DNA of 64,000 nt from Balamuthia mandrillaris (lineage: Eukaryota): contig JAVKOQ020000003.1 in the NCBI GenBank assembly GCA_031835245.2, positions 186,001 to 250,000 on the forward strand, read 5' to 3'. This document shows, piece after piece, positions 22,923-34,291 of this stretch (within the stretch, counting starts at the first letter, position 1; each line of letters opens with the position of its first letter). The notes below the pieces were generated by a model, which was given only the letters and a program-made list of their open reading frames with translations, made no database searches and had not been told where the DNA came from. The translations under genes were made by a program, and so were the position numbers.

Positions 22923-24458
22923 ATGTCCCTAGCACCACCATGGAAGACAGACAGCCAAAGAAAGGAAGAGTGGCAGAGGCTGCGCACTGAACTGCAACTG
23001 CCAGACCTGGCAGCTCAATACCTTCCCGTGTCCTCGTTCTTGCGTAAGCATCCCGCTTCGTGTTTGTTTGTGATGGAAGTGTCTTCTCTTTTTTTTACTC
23101 TGCACACACTCATATACATCAAAACAGTGGACAGCTGGCAAGCCGGCTGTGGGGTAGTGTGGGTCAACGACATGTTCACAAAACTGTCCCAGTACACCAG
23201 CATGGACCTGCGCGAGGGAGGCCTCTGCACTCTGTTGCGGCCACAGCAGCACAGCCAGAAGCGAGTGGAAGCAGAGAAGCAGCTCAGAAACGCGCTCTCC
23301 AAGGGGACCGCCTACGAGGCCGATGTGCTGTGCTACAAGAAGGACGGCACCCCCTTTTGGGGTCTGCTCTCCATAGCTCCCGTTCGCAACGAGCTCAAGC
23401 CCAACCGTTACCTCACTGGCGTGTTGGTGGATGTCTCTAAACGTAAGGCGAGGGAGCTGAAGATGATGGAACGGAAGCAGAGCTGCTGCCTTACTCTCCC
23501 TCACAGTGACGTGGGGCCTCGCATGGTCTCCTCTGCCCTCGTGCTTCACTTGTCCTTTGCCAAGGCCTTTGCCTTCCTGACGGACAGCGGCAACCTTACA
23601 GAACAAGCGGGACGTGGTTCCTCCTCGTTTTTCCTCCTACGAAAGATCTTTCAGTTGTTGGATTCCCAGTTGGGGTCGTTTCCATCCTTGCGGAAGGTGG
23701 AGCGTTCCTCTTCATCGGGAGATTACGTCGTGGTGGGAGCCTCCTTCCTGGAACACCAGCGAGCTCAAGCAATCACCCAGAAGTGCGTGCAATCCCGCCA
23801 TCGAGAGAGCACAAGAAGAAGCGGCACGCCACGATCACCCCAGGGCGGACTGAAGAACGGACGAAGGAGCAGTCTTTCCATCATCCAAGAGTCAGAAGAT
23901 GAGTATCATGCTCACAACAGGGTGCTTGAACCCGCTCCAGTGGACCTGATAGAGTCCTATCGTATGCAGAGGCGATACAGTCTGCCTCATCACTCTTCGC
24001 TAGGGATCATACAGGAACACTCCCCTCTGATGGCCACTAGCAACACAGCGCAGCTGAAGTCGTGCCGTTCAGCCGATGACCAACCCAACGAAGCTCAACC
24101 CACTCCAAGAGAAATACGCCAATCCCAAGCCAAGCTCCTTGCTGAAGCCTTCCAATTCATCCAATCCTTTCTTGCAGCTTCCTCTCTTCTCTTCAAAGAA
24201 CACGCCAAGCACGAACCAACAGAGTCCCTTACGGAAAATCTTCTTCCTTCCATGGGTAGCACCATTGGACCCATCGTAATAGGTTCCTTGGACATCACCC
24301 CTCCATTCACCTACGATGTCTGGGGAGACACCTGCGGGGAAGCTGCCGCCTTGGCCAAATCAACGCCTTCAGGCATGCTAACGCTCAGCCGGCTGGCTTT
24401 TGACCTTTGCGCTCTCTTACCTTCTCCTGCACCAACTCACCTGCTTATGAACTGTTAA
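22923..24458 (+). CDS. LOV-like PAS domain + degenerate class III (adenylyl/guanylyl) cyclase-homology domain
   Basis: PAS: VVWVNDMFTKLSQY...CYKKDGTPFWGLLSIAPV...GVLVDVS. Cyclase-like: IFQLLD...KVE..GDYVVVG and GPIVIG...YDVWGDT. Probable in-frame 66-nt intron at 23062-23127. Confidence 0.8.
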   Translation: MSLAPPWKTDSQRKEEWQRLRTELQLPDLAAQYLPVSSFLRKHPASCLFVMEVSSLFFTLHTLIYIKTVDSWQAGCGVVWVNDMFTKLSQYTSMDLREGGLCTLLRPQQHSQKRVEAEKQLRNALSKGTAYEADVLCYKKDGTPFWGLLSIAPVRNELKPNRYLTGVLVDVSKRKARELKMMERKQSCCLTLPHSDVGPRMVSSALVLHLSFAKAFAFLTDSGNLTEQAGRGSSSFFLLRKIFQLLDSQLGSFPSLRKVERSSSSGDYVVVGASFLEHQRAQAITQKCVQSRHRESTRRSGTPRSPQGGLKNGRRSSLSIIQESEDEYHAHNRVLEPAPVDLIESYRMQRRYSLPHHSSLGIIQEHSPLMATSNTAQLKSCRSADDQPNEAQPTPREIRQSQAKLLAEAFQFIQSFLAASSLLFKEHAKHEPTESLTENLLPSMGSTIGPIVIGSLDITPPFTYDVWGDTCGEAAALAKSTPSGMLTLSRLAFDLCALLPSPAPTHLLMNC

Positions 24459-24523
24459 AAATGTACACTGTATTGCATGTAAACAACGAAACAATTGCTG
24501 TAAAACTATGAACAAAGTTTGTA

Positions 24524-26590
24524 TTAAGGAATGCCCATCTGTGCTTCCAGCTTTTGGCTCACATCGCGAACCAGGCTTGGCGTTGAGAGGTGCAGGCAAA
24601 GAGTGCCTCCGTGAACAAGATTAACTGCTTCTCCCAACAGAAAGTCATTGGTGAGGGCCTTTCTTGGCACCTGCTGCCGTTGCAAAGAATCCTGCGAAGC
24701 TTCACCACTCGACTTATTGTTGAGGCGGATATTTTCGGAACTTGAAGTCGGGGACATTTGCGTCGCGCTTAGTTTAAAAGCGTCTGTATGCGTGAGAGAG
24801 AGAGAGAGAAAAGGTTACACGACAGGTTCAGAGCTATGCACACGTGAAAAGTGGGTATGTACCTGATAAAGTTTCGCCAAATGGATCATACTCGACGCTG
24901 ATTTCCAACGGATAACCACGGAATCGTTTGTTTAGCTCGTTTCGCAGATTCTGTAGGGTAAGGTCTTCCTTCGATACAAGAAAGACAAATGGAGAGGAAA
25001 AGTCGAGCTTGACCTTCTCGCTGTTGGACTGTCGTTCCTTTCTAGGGGAGTTGCTGCGCGGAGAGAGAAGGCCTTTCTGTTCTTCAGGTCGCGTTTCAAA
25101 CTCGAAAGTAAAATAACACTTGATAGCAACACAGACGCAGTGGTTGCTGTTCTTCGACATCGTTTGTTCGCAGAATCGGCGAGCCTCCAACGCCCATTCA
25201 TTCATTAAGCTTCGGTCCAGCTTCGGCTCACCGTTGCTTGCGGTCAAGTTGTGTTTTGGAGATAGTGGCGGTGAGCTATCGGAAGAAGTAGAATCATCGC
25301 TCGAGGGAAATTGCAATGGACGATGAGCGTGAGGATCACCAGCATCGGCGCTATTGGTACGAGGCCTCTGCTCTTTTTTGGTATGTCCACGATTGTTGGT
25401 TAGCACGTTTGCTCGGGCTTGCAACCCCTGGTCAAAGATGCTGTCGTTGCTGCTCTTGGAGCGATTCATGGAGAAAGCCTCTTCAGACTCGTTGACGGTA
25501 CGCGGGTATGGTTTGCCTTGTACACGCGCTCTGCGAACAACGGGGCTGCTGCTGCTATCCTCCACGCTCCTCGTCCTGGTCAACGCGTAGCAACTGGAAT
25601 CCTCATCTGATGATGAGGAGTAGCCGGAGCTGCAGCTGCGGACTTTCCTTGTTGCGATTACGTAGTTCCCGCTGCTGTCATCCTTCTCGAGCATGCTCTC
25701 ATACTCGGAGACTGGAATCTTAGCTCTGGACCGTTCGATAGCGTGTTTGATTTGGGACTGCGGAAGAGCGCTCAACCGTTCGTTCATCTTCTCGATGAGG
25801 CCAGCAAGCCGCTCTCTGTCGGCCTCCGCAAAGTTGCCTACAAAGTCCTCCATTCCCAGCTTTACCAAGTCCGCTTTCTTCAAGCCGAGAAACGTCCTTC
25901 CGTCCACATCCTTCTGACAGAACTTCTCGCTATAGACACTGAACCCTGTTTTGTCCAACCACATGGCCACCTCTACTGGAGACCACTCCCGAATACACTT
26001 CAGCTGGTCTATATCGTAGAGCAAGCTCACGTTCTTCTGAATGGCAATGTAATGCGTTACAGCACCTCCTTTTTTGCCATGCTTGTGAACGGGAAGTAAA
26101 AGAAAGCTGTTCCAGAAGGGCAACCCGTCTTTTCTGTAGTTTAACAGTGTGATGGAGAGGTCTCGTCCTTTGGCTAATGCCTTTCGTATCCTACAACAGA
26201 TTAGTGAGATAAAAACAAGACACTTGTGTGAAACATCTTTGCTTGCCAACACTCCCAAAAATAAAGAACAAGAACGTACTTGCGAACGCTAGCTTTGCTT
26301 GTGTACTTTCCTTGCAGGAAGCGGCAGTTCCTCCCAATAATTTCCTCTCGCGGGTAGAGCGTCAGGAACTCAAAGGCATCATTGGCAAAGATAATGGGCT
26401 GGTCTTTGGCTTTGAAGTCGGTTACGACCATCGAGTCGCTCATCGACCGCAGGAAGGGGTACTCCGCCAGCACTCGGCGCTCTAGTTTGAGCGTCTGTTC
26501 CATAGACAAGAGGCAGGTGCGATACTCTCGCAGCTGCCTCTCTCTCAGTTTCTTCGCTTCGTGACTGAGCGTTGAAGTTGATGTTCCCAT
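24524..26590 (-). CDS. LOV (flavin blue-light sensor)-SAM-PB1-like protein, N-myristoylation motif
   Basis: Exons 26590-26280, 26190-24863, 24783-24524. LOV motifs IIFANDAF, GRNCRFLQG, LNYRKDGLPFWN, IAIQ. SAM motif WSPVEVAMWL...DVDGRTFLGL...LVKLGM. Start is MGTSTS. Confidence 0.92.
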
Positions 26591-27146
26591 GTTTGTTGTT
26601 TTTGCTTCCTTGTCGAAGCGAAGCAATGACTTGTGCTTGTGTGAGCTGAGAGGTGGGGTGTGACGTTGCGTGGGCCGAAGGGGAGTGGGTTCGAAGAGAA
26701 CAGCTCAAATCGGTGCGGACGGGTGACGCACAAGCAGAAGCAAAAACGGCGCCGCAAACTCGTCTCAGGTTTTATCAGTATAACTATAGAGTTTCTGTTC
26801 CTTCTGTCTTGTATTCTCTCCTTGTTTCTTTCAGAATAACGAAAACACGACGAAAATAGATTGATAAGCGTGCTATAAGTGCTTCGTAAGCACCCTTGCG
26901 TAACTCACACGCACAGAAGAGCGAAGCGTTATATAATCATTAAACATCTAATATGGTAATTATCTGCTATAAGGCAACAAAAAGAGGTTGTGAGGTAACC
27001 CGTTGTGATCAATGCTCCTGTTAGTTTTAAAACTAGCAGAAAGCGAGAAGAAAATCGAAGCACAAACCGTTTCTCATCTTTACAACGAAGGATCCTAGCT
27101 CCTAAAAATAATGAGGTTGAAAGATACAAGGAAAAAGCAACACTGG

Positions 27147-29137
27147 TTACTGTTGAGGAGGGTTGGTATCCAGCGATGTTGCACAAAAGAGGGAATGAGC
27201 CCAACCAGCCGCCACGCTCCGCACGCCTCTAAGGACGCTGATCAGCGTCGGCTCGTCTAGGTTTGACCTGTTGGAGTTGGCCAATTGGTAGTCGCTTCCA
27301 AGTCCCCACACTATTGCTTTACCCGCTGTTATTGCGATTTTGCATGAGTTCATGAGGAACCAAAGAGAAGAACGGAACGAGAAAGAGGAGGGGAAAGAAT
27401 AAAGAGAGTGAAAGAAAAAGAAGAGACAAACAAGCATTTGTTCAGGCCATATATACGTGCATTTTGTCAGCAAAAGGGTATGATAGGCTCCACAGGAGAT
27501 GAATGCAGCATCGTCAAACATAGGAGAAGGCACGGATAAAGGGGGTGCTACTTTTTTCTCTCTGTGACCATCACCCAGTTGGCTAAATTCGCCCTCTCCC
27601 CATGTCATAACTTTGCCTTTGTCTACCATGTTTAGCATTTCGTGGCATAAATGGAGTTAGAAGAGATCGAGTGACGAGAATAAACTGAAATGATGGCAAT
27701 AAATACCAGTCAGAAGCACGTTGTGAAACAGACCAGCCTCCACTTGTACGATTTTCTCATTTTGTTCTAAGCGAAGGCCTTCCACTCGTTTTGGTACCCC
27801 TTGCTTTCTAGTGATTGATAAATAGAATGAGGACGAGAAGAGAGTGGAAGATGAAGCGAAAGAATCTTTACTTGGGTTCAGTGTAACCAAGTTGGTATTG
27901 GCGATTATCACCCCAACTCCACAACTCGCGATCATCTATCATTTGGTAACAATGAGTATGCTTCTAAAACAACAACCAGAAACGCGAATGGCACACGTAC
28001 TGGTAACGGCAAGGGAGTGGGAAAGACCAGCAGCCACATGAGTCACCTCTTTGCCCTTGAAGAAGTCGTGCAAACGAGGTATGTGGATTGTAAGACTATC
28101 TCCAAATCCAAGTTGGTCATGCATACTCCCTCCCCACACATATAGACTACCTTCCTCTTTGTTGTGTTATTGTTTTGCCCCCATGTTAACAAAGAAACGA
28201 TAAGCAAAGAGGGAAGGGGAGAAGTTTACAACCAGAGACAGCCAGATTGTGGTCCGGACCACAAGCTACCGCTTTGATACGAACACCCTCTAGCTGGAGG
28301 GACTGCAGTGGCGTCGGCTCCAGCCTAGCGCTCATGAAGGGATGACCACTGTAAGGCCCATTACCACACCCATACAACGTGCCATCTTTGGTCTGAATGA
28401 TATCAGCACATAAGAAGAAAAGAGAGATGAGAAGAGAGAAGAGAGAAGAGAGAACAGAACGAGCAGAGAGGCAAGGAGACCAAACCAAAAACATGGCATG
28501 ATTGCGGCCAACACGAATGGAGGTAATGTCCAAGCCATCCAAAGCAGGAATGGAGGCGGGGCGCAGGCATACGGATTGCAGGTCGGGGCTGCCCTCCGCA
28601 AAGGAGAGGGGGCTCTCTGCAAAGGTGTCAGCGCCGAGGTGGAAGCCCCCTGCAGGCGCTGCTTTCTTTGGCTGCACGCCTCTAAACTTGGTGCTGCCCC
28701 AATAGTACACCCTTTTTTCAGTGGCTGCTCCCTCCACACATACACACAGGGGTCCCAAGTAAGCCAAAGCACTCCACTCACTGGTTCACGAGAGAGGGAG
28801 GCAACGAAAAATACCAGAGTAAGCAAAGGAGGTGAGTTCTCCACAAGCCACGAACTGTACGCCGTCTAGGCTGGTAGGGATCTGAGTGAGTGTAGGGCGA
28901 GGGCGCAGGTCTCCGACGCCAAGCTGCCCGTCCGAGTTCCCACCGCAAACAAAGAGCTGGGGTCGGTTGGCGCTCGGCGCTGCCTTTGTGGTGACTGCTG
29001 CAAAAGCAGCGTCTCCGAGCGTTCCTGTTCAACTTAGGGTTGACCATGACACTGACGGGTTTCGGTTTCGTTGCTGTTGCTGCAGCTACAGGGCCGGCAT
29101 GCCGCAGCCTCACAAGCCCTACCCTCTCTCTCATCAT
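27147..29137 (-). CDS. RCC1-repeat protein, possibly mitochondrial (start uncertain)
   Basis: Repeated G..H.L blades across many exons (GRNHAM, CGPDHNL, AAGLSHSL, AGLFHNV, CGAYHTL, AAGWAHSL) with WG....QLG motifs. Arg-rich N-terminus. Confidence 0.85.
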
Positions 29138-29612
29138 GCCGCCGCTGGCCTTCCTCACCTCCAGTGCTTTTGTGGGGTAGCTATCATGATCGTTGATCTC
29201 CCAGGAACAGCCAACCAAAAATCGAAACAGACGATTTAAGTGTCGACATTCCGGTCCCATACTTGGCATACCTTGCTTATTAATTAATTTTCATCCAAAA
29301 AGGTCTCCCTGCTGGCCGGTGTGTCAGTTGGTGTCCCCTCTTGAGCGGTTGCTGGTCGAAGGGGTTCCCCCGCCCCCCAAACCAAAAAAAAAGCAAAAAA
29401 AAAACCGAGTAGCGGAGAAGAGTTAACAACAACAACGGTAACAGTAACAGCGTAGTGGATACCTACCGGGGCTACTGCTGCTGCTACTGCTACTTCTTTT
29501 GTGTGCTGTGGAGAAAAAATATTTTTTTTCTGTGTACACCTTTGCTTCTTCCCCCTCATAAGAGCGGAAGCATAAACTTTGGACCGCAGTAACAAAAAAA
29601 ATAAGAAAGAAC

Positions 29613-32017
29613 ATGGACTACGACTCCCTCCGAAAGTCGGCAAGAGAAAAACTGGCGCAACAGCTGTGCGTCATGGAGCAGGTCGAGCAGCTGCGCGGCC
29701 AGGCCCAAGGGCCATCCTCAGCCGACCAACCCAACACCAGCTGGTGGAAGCCCCTCACGTTGGAGCCCCTGCGAGGGGATGGGCTGCCGCAGGGCGGCCA
29801 ACCGGAAGCCTACGTGCAGGAACTGCGGCAGCTGTGGAAGCAATTCAAGGCCAAGCACTCGGCCAACCTCTCCCATTTGGACAAGCAGGAGAAGCACCTG
29901 CTGTTCTTGGTGGAGCTGCAGAGATGGTTCGGGATAGCCAAGGAGAGGCTGAAACACACTGCGCTGAACTACCCTTCCACTTCCTATAGAACCTCAACAG
30001 CTGCTTCAAGTTCTTCTTCTTCATCTTCCGCAACATCCACAACCGCGAGTTCTTTTCAAGACGAATATAAAACGAAAGAAGAAGAAGAAGAAGAAGACAA
30101 AGAAGGCAAAGAAGGCAAAGAAAAAGAGAAAGAGAAAGAGGAAGAGGCTTCGGAAGTGAAAACAAAAAGTCGTCTCCGACGCAGAGACACGACGCCGCCC
30201 TCTTTCTACACTATGGCCTCTCCGAAAGCCACCGAAACTGCGCTTACCAAGCTCAAAAGATCAAACACTCGTTCTCGATCAGCCACTCGCCCGACGAAGC
30301 AAAAACGTGGCTTATCGTTGTCTTCTATTGTGGATGCCTCGCGTGGTTGGCTCTTCTGCTCACCTTTTTCTCCTCTCTTATCTTATTTATTTTATCTTTT
30401 TGTTCGCAGAATTGGAGGAGGAGGAAGAAGAGGAGGAAGAAAAGCATGAAGACGAGGAATGGACCAAAACGGAACGAACAAAAGGCGCTAAAGCCGCTTC
30501 CACTTCAGAGGGAAAAAACACCAAAACTCACTCCGAACCAAAAGTGAAAAAACAGAAGCTTGGCCCGATAGCTGTACAAAAGCCACGTCCCGAAAAGCGT
30601 CTGAGCCGCTACAGAAGCTCTCCCAGCAAAGTATGTTTACTTTTTCACGTTCTTCCATCTGAGGATATAAGCAATAGTGTGTGCTGAAAAATAAATATTA
30701 TAGGCACTGCTGGAAAGGATGGACCAAGCTCTTACAGAGAAAATGTACCTGATAGCACGTCCATCGTTGGAGGAAGAAGTCGCAGAAGCCTACTGCCGAC
30801 ACTATGAAGTGTTGGGACCAACGGGCTCCCTCTACTCCATTAAGATAACCAACCTTCCGTTCGTACTATTCTTCTTCCCGCATTCTACCAATCCTACTAA
30901 TCTTATCTGTACTCACAGAAGTTGCAATTGTCCTGATTCCGCCAAAGGACACCACTGTGCCCACATTCTTTTTGTCTTTCTTAAGGTATTGAAAGGTAAG
31001 TTATTGCTGCTCTCAACATTCCTGCTGATGTTCGCTAACGTACGTCGCTATTACCAACGACGCTTCCTTAGTGCCTCCGAAAGATCCAGTACTCTATCAA
31101 AGGGCGCTGCTCAACACAGAGGTATGAATACAGGAAACTGTTTTTTCATTCTCCACTAAACAAATCATAATGATAACTCCTTTTATCTTTGCGAACAGCT
31201 AAGCACCATTTTCGAGAGGGCTCCAACCTCTCCTGCCGCTGAATACCAGGCCAAAACCACGTCTGGGGTGGTTGCAGAGCAGACAGAGTGGTAAGTTTTT
31301 TCTTCGTGCACGTTTTGTTGGGTATTGACTTTTAAATCCTGTCAGTTTTCTATGCTACGACCCACACAACAACGGCGAGGAGACTGTAATGATGTGTCCA
31401 GAAGGATGCCAACGATTTGTACACAGAGAATGTCGTCGCCGATACGTACAGCTGACATCCGTGGTCAGTGCTTACAGGCATTTGTGATTTAGTATCTTCT
31501 TACCATTCCGTAACCAAAACAGAGACCACCCTCGTGTCCCGCGTGCGGCACACTCTGGCCTCCACTCCCAGAGGATAACACTTCACATGCTCTAGCCACC
31601 ACTACCTCTCATGCTGTGTCCTCCTCCGCCGTTGCTGCAGCAAGATCTCCCTCCGGTGCTGCATCTTCGGCAGCCACTTCCACCCGCGTTACTGGTTCGT
31701 GTTGGACTTTATAGTTGTTTCCAATTTTAACCAACTCGCTTGCCTATTTGTTCCTTTTGCTTCCTTTTTTTTTTTGTCTGTTGTCAACAGGAGGAGTAAC
31801 ATCAACAGGTGGAAACAAGTTGGACATGAGAGGGACAAAGTCAGTGGGAGAGGGAGGAGCCACCATCTCCGTTTGGCCAAATGCGTTCCGCGGCCAAACA
31901 CAGCAACAGCAACAGCAACAATCACAACAACTCCCGTCTCCTCCTACACCGCTTTCCCCACAACCGCAACAACCACAACCACAACTACAGCAACAACCAA
32001 ATGCCTCTTCACAATGA
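29613..32017 (+). CDS. SWIM zinc finger + RING finger protein
   Basis: VLGPTGSLYSIKI...CNCPD...HCAHILFV (SWIM). Later exons CFLCYD...CPEGC...VHREC...CPACGTLWP (RING). Gln/Pro-rich tail. Confidence 0.8.
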
Positions 32018-32049
32018 ACCATCTTCTTTCCTTGCTCATTCTCTTCTTC

Positions 32050-32119
<70 letters not shown>

Positions 32120-32121
32120 CT

Positions 32122-32196
<75 letters not shown>
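32050..32196. repeat. (TTTC)n tetranucleotide microsatellite between convergent genes
   Basis: Direct tandem TTTC units. Confidence 0.95.
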
Positions 32197-32197
<1 letters not shown>

Positions 32198-32271
32198 GGC
32201 GCAACGATGGCTGATGAACAAAAACAAAGTGCAGAGAGAAAAAAAGCGCTTCATTTGTGTTTGTGGACAGT

Positions 32272-33599
32272 CTAAAAGTTTTGGTAGGTGGAGTCGCCGC
32301 CGCCGCCACGCAGCCGCAAGTACAAGGAATGCAAGGTGCGGCCGGTGTACTTGCAGCCGTCCCAAACCAGACCCGGCAGCGCCTTCCAGAACTGGAGGTT
32401 GGGTATGAGCTCCCACCCGCTCTCCTCCTTCTTGTACTTTTGCCAGAGCACTCCTCCAACGAGGTACACCACCGTCACGCACACCAAGCTGCTCTCCTCC
32501 GTTCATTAGTCTTTTTCTCCCAACACACACAACGCACACCAAAAGAACAAACAAACAAGCAATAAGAGAAGGATAAGAGCCGAGAAGAACGTTACCAGAT
32601 GATGAAGATCCAGCCACCAGCCAGCCCTCCGCTCTTTTCATCTCCTCCAGAGCTGCGTTCGTTGGTGGGGCAGCCGTACTTGCTCGTAAACGTGAAGCGG
32701 TGATCCGCTGCATAACGAGAGAAACAGAAAAGCAGAGAGGCAGAGAGCGAGAGAGCAAAGTGACGCGAGAGAATAGAAGAAAAAAAAAAGCGGGGAAGAG
32801 GGAGGCAGAGAAGACAGTCAGCAAGGCAGCGTCATAGCAAAGAAACGGAAGGGGGGGGTAGGGTAAACATGCCATCCTCGATGAGATCACACCGGAAGGA
32901 GGGGGGAGCGTCCCTGTTGCACACAAATTTGATGGTGGAGGTACGACCACCGTCTCCGTCCGTCAAGTGTATGGTAAAGCCAGTGCCCGTGGGATTGTTC
33001 TCACTCTGCCACTGTGCTGACCCGCGCTTGCCTAAACCTAAAAACAGGCCACCACCTTTTACGCACAACAGAAGCACGTGAATACAAGAGATGTACAACG
33101 AAGATGAGAGAGGAAGAACGCAGAAGGAAGAAGAAGCAGAAGAAGAAGAAGAAGAAGAAGAAGAAGAAGAAGAAGAAGAAGAAGAAGAAGAAGAAGAAGA
33201 AGAAGAAGAAGAAGAAGAAGAAGAAGAAGAAGAACAAGAAGAAGAACAAGAAGCAGCAGCAGCAGACGCAGAAGACGCAGAAGCAGAAGCAGAAGCAGAA
33301 AAAGAATATCAAGCAGAAGCAATAATGTTACCTTCGAAGCATGTGGACTGGTCTCCTTGGGGGTTTTGACAGTACTCCTCATCGACAAGGCCACAAGGCA
33401 CAAACAAGTACTTGTTGCCACTGGAGTCATAGCAAAAGACCTCCCCCACCTCACTGGCCGCCGCTGTAAAGTCGTACTGATTTCCTGTGTCCGGGTAGGT
33501 GTGTTGGCAGTAGGGCGCTCCTTCCACCAGCAGCCCGCCGCCAAGCAACGTCGCCGCCACCACCAGAGCCAATGCAGCTGCTATCCTCAGTATCCCCAT
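32272..33599 (-). CDS. Mannose-6-phosphate receptor / ATG27-like type I membrane protein
   Basis: Signal peptide; Cys-rich MRH-like domain (YLFVPCG, GRTSTIKFVC); TM followed by GWELIPNLQFWKALPGLVWDGC; C-terminal YQNF sorting motif. Confidence 0.85.
33118..33320. repeat. (GAA)n-rich intronic microsatellite
   Basis: Tandem GAA/GCA units inside an intron of the M6PR-like gene. Confidence 0.9.
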
Positions 33600-34033
33600 T
33601 CGTTGTTTTATTTTTTTGAGAAAAATCGATCTCTACAATTCTTTGCGTTACTCTCTTCTTGCTCTTCTTTTTCTCTCTTCCTTTCTTTTGTTTTTGTCCT
33701 TTGGAGCGGATTTTTGCGTTTCTTTTTCTTTTCATCGCTAATTTCGTCGAGATTTTCCATTATTAATCAATTAATTACGACGAACATCTGGTTCTGTTAT
33801 CGGGTCGTCGCGAAATGTCGACAATTTTTTTTGTGCCTTCTGTTATGAACAGAACTTTTAAAGACATAACTACAATCTATTTACTTTTAAACAACAATAA
33901 TAACATCAAAGGCAAGCCCTCTTCCTCCATGAATAAAGGTCGCCTTTGAACACACCCTACCAACCTACACATGCCCACTCTAAACAAATTCTACACAGGA
34001 GCATGCAAACGAAGAGGAGCGCTATGGCTGCTG

Positions 34034-34247
34034 CTAGGTGCTGCTATCTTGTGATAACTGCTGCTCCTCATTTACCTCTGCCTCTTCTGATGGAGTGCCT
34101 GCTCTAATAGCGTGCTGTCGTCCTTCTTCCAACAAGTTATTGACCTCAGTGTTGCGTGGCATGATGCGATGTGCCTGCTCCAAGTCTGGAAGTGCTTTAT
34201 CCCATTCTCCTTTTGCTATATACGCTTTGGCTGTGTGGAGAGAGAAT

Positions 34248-34291
<44 letters not shown>

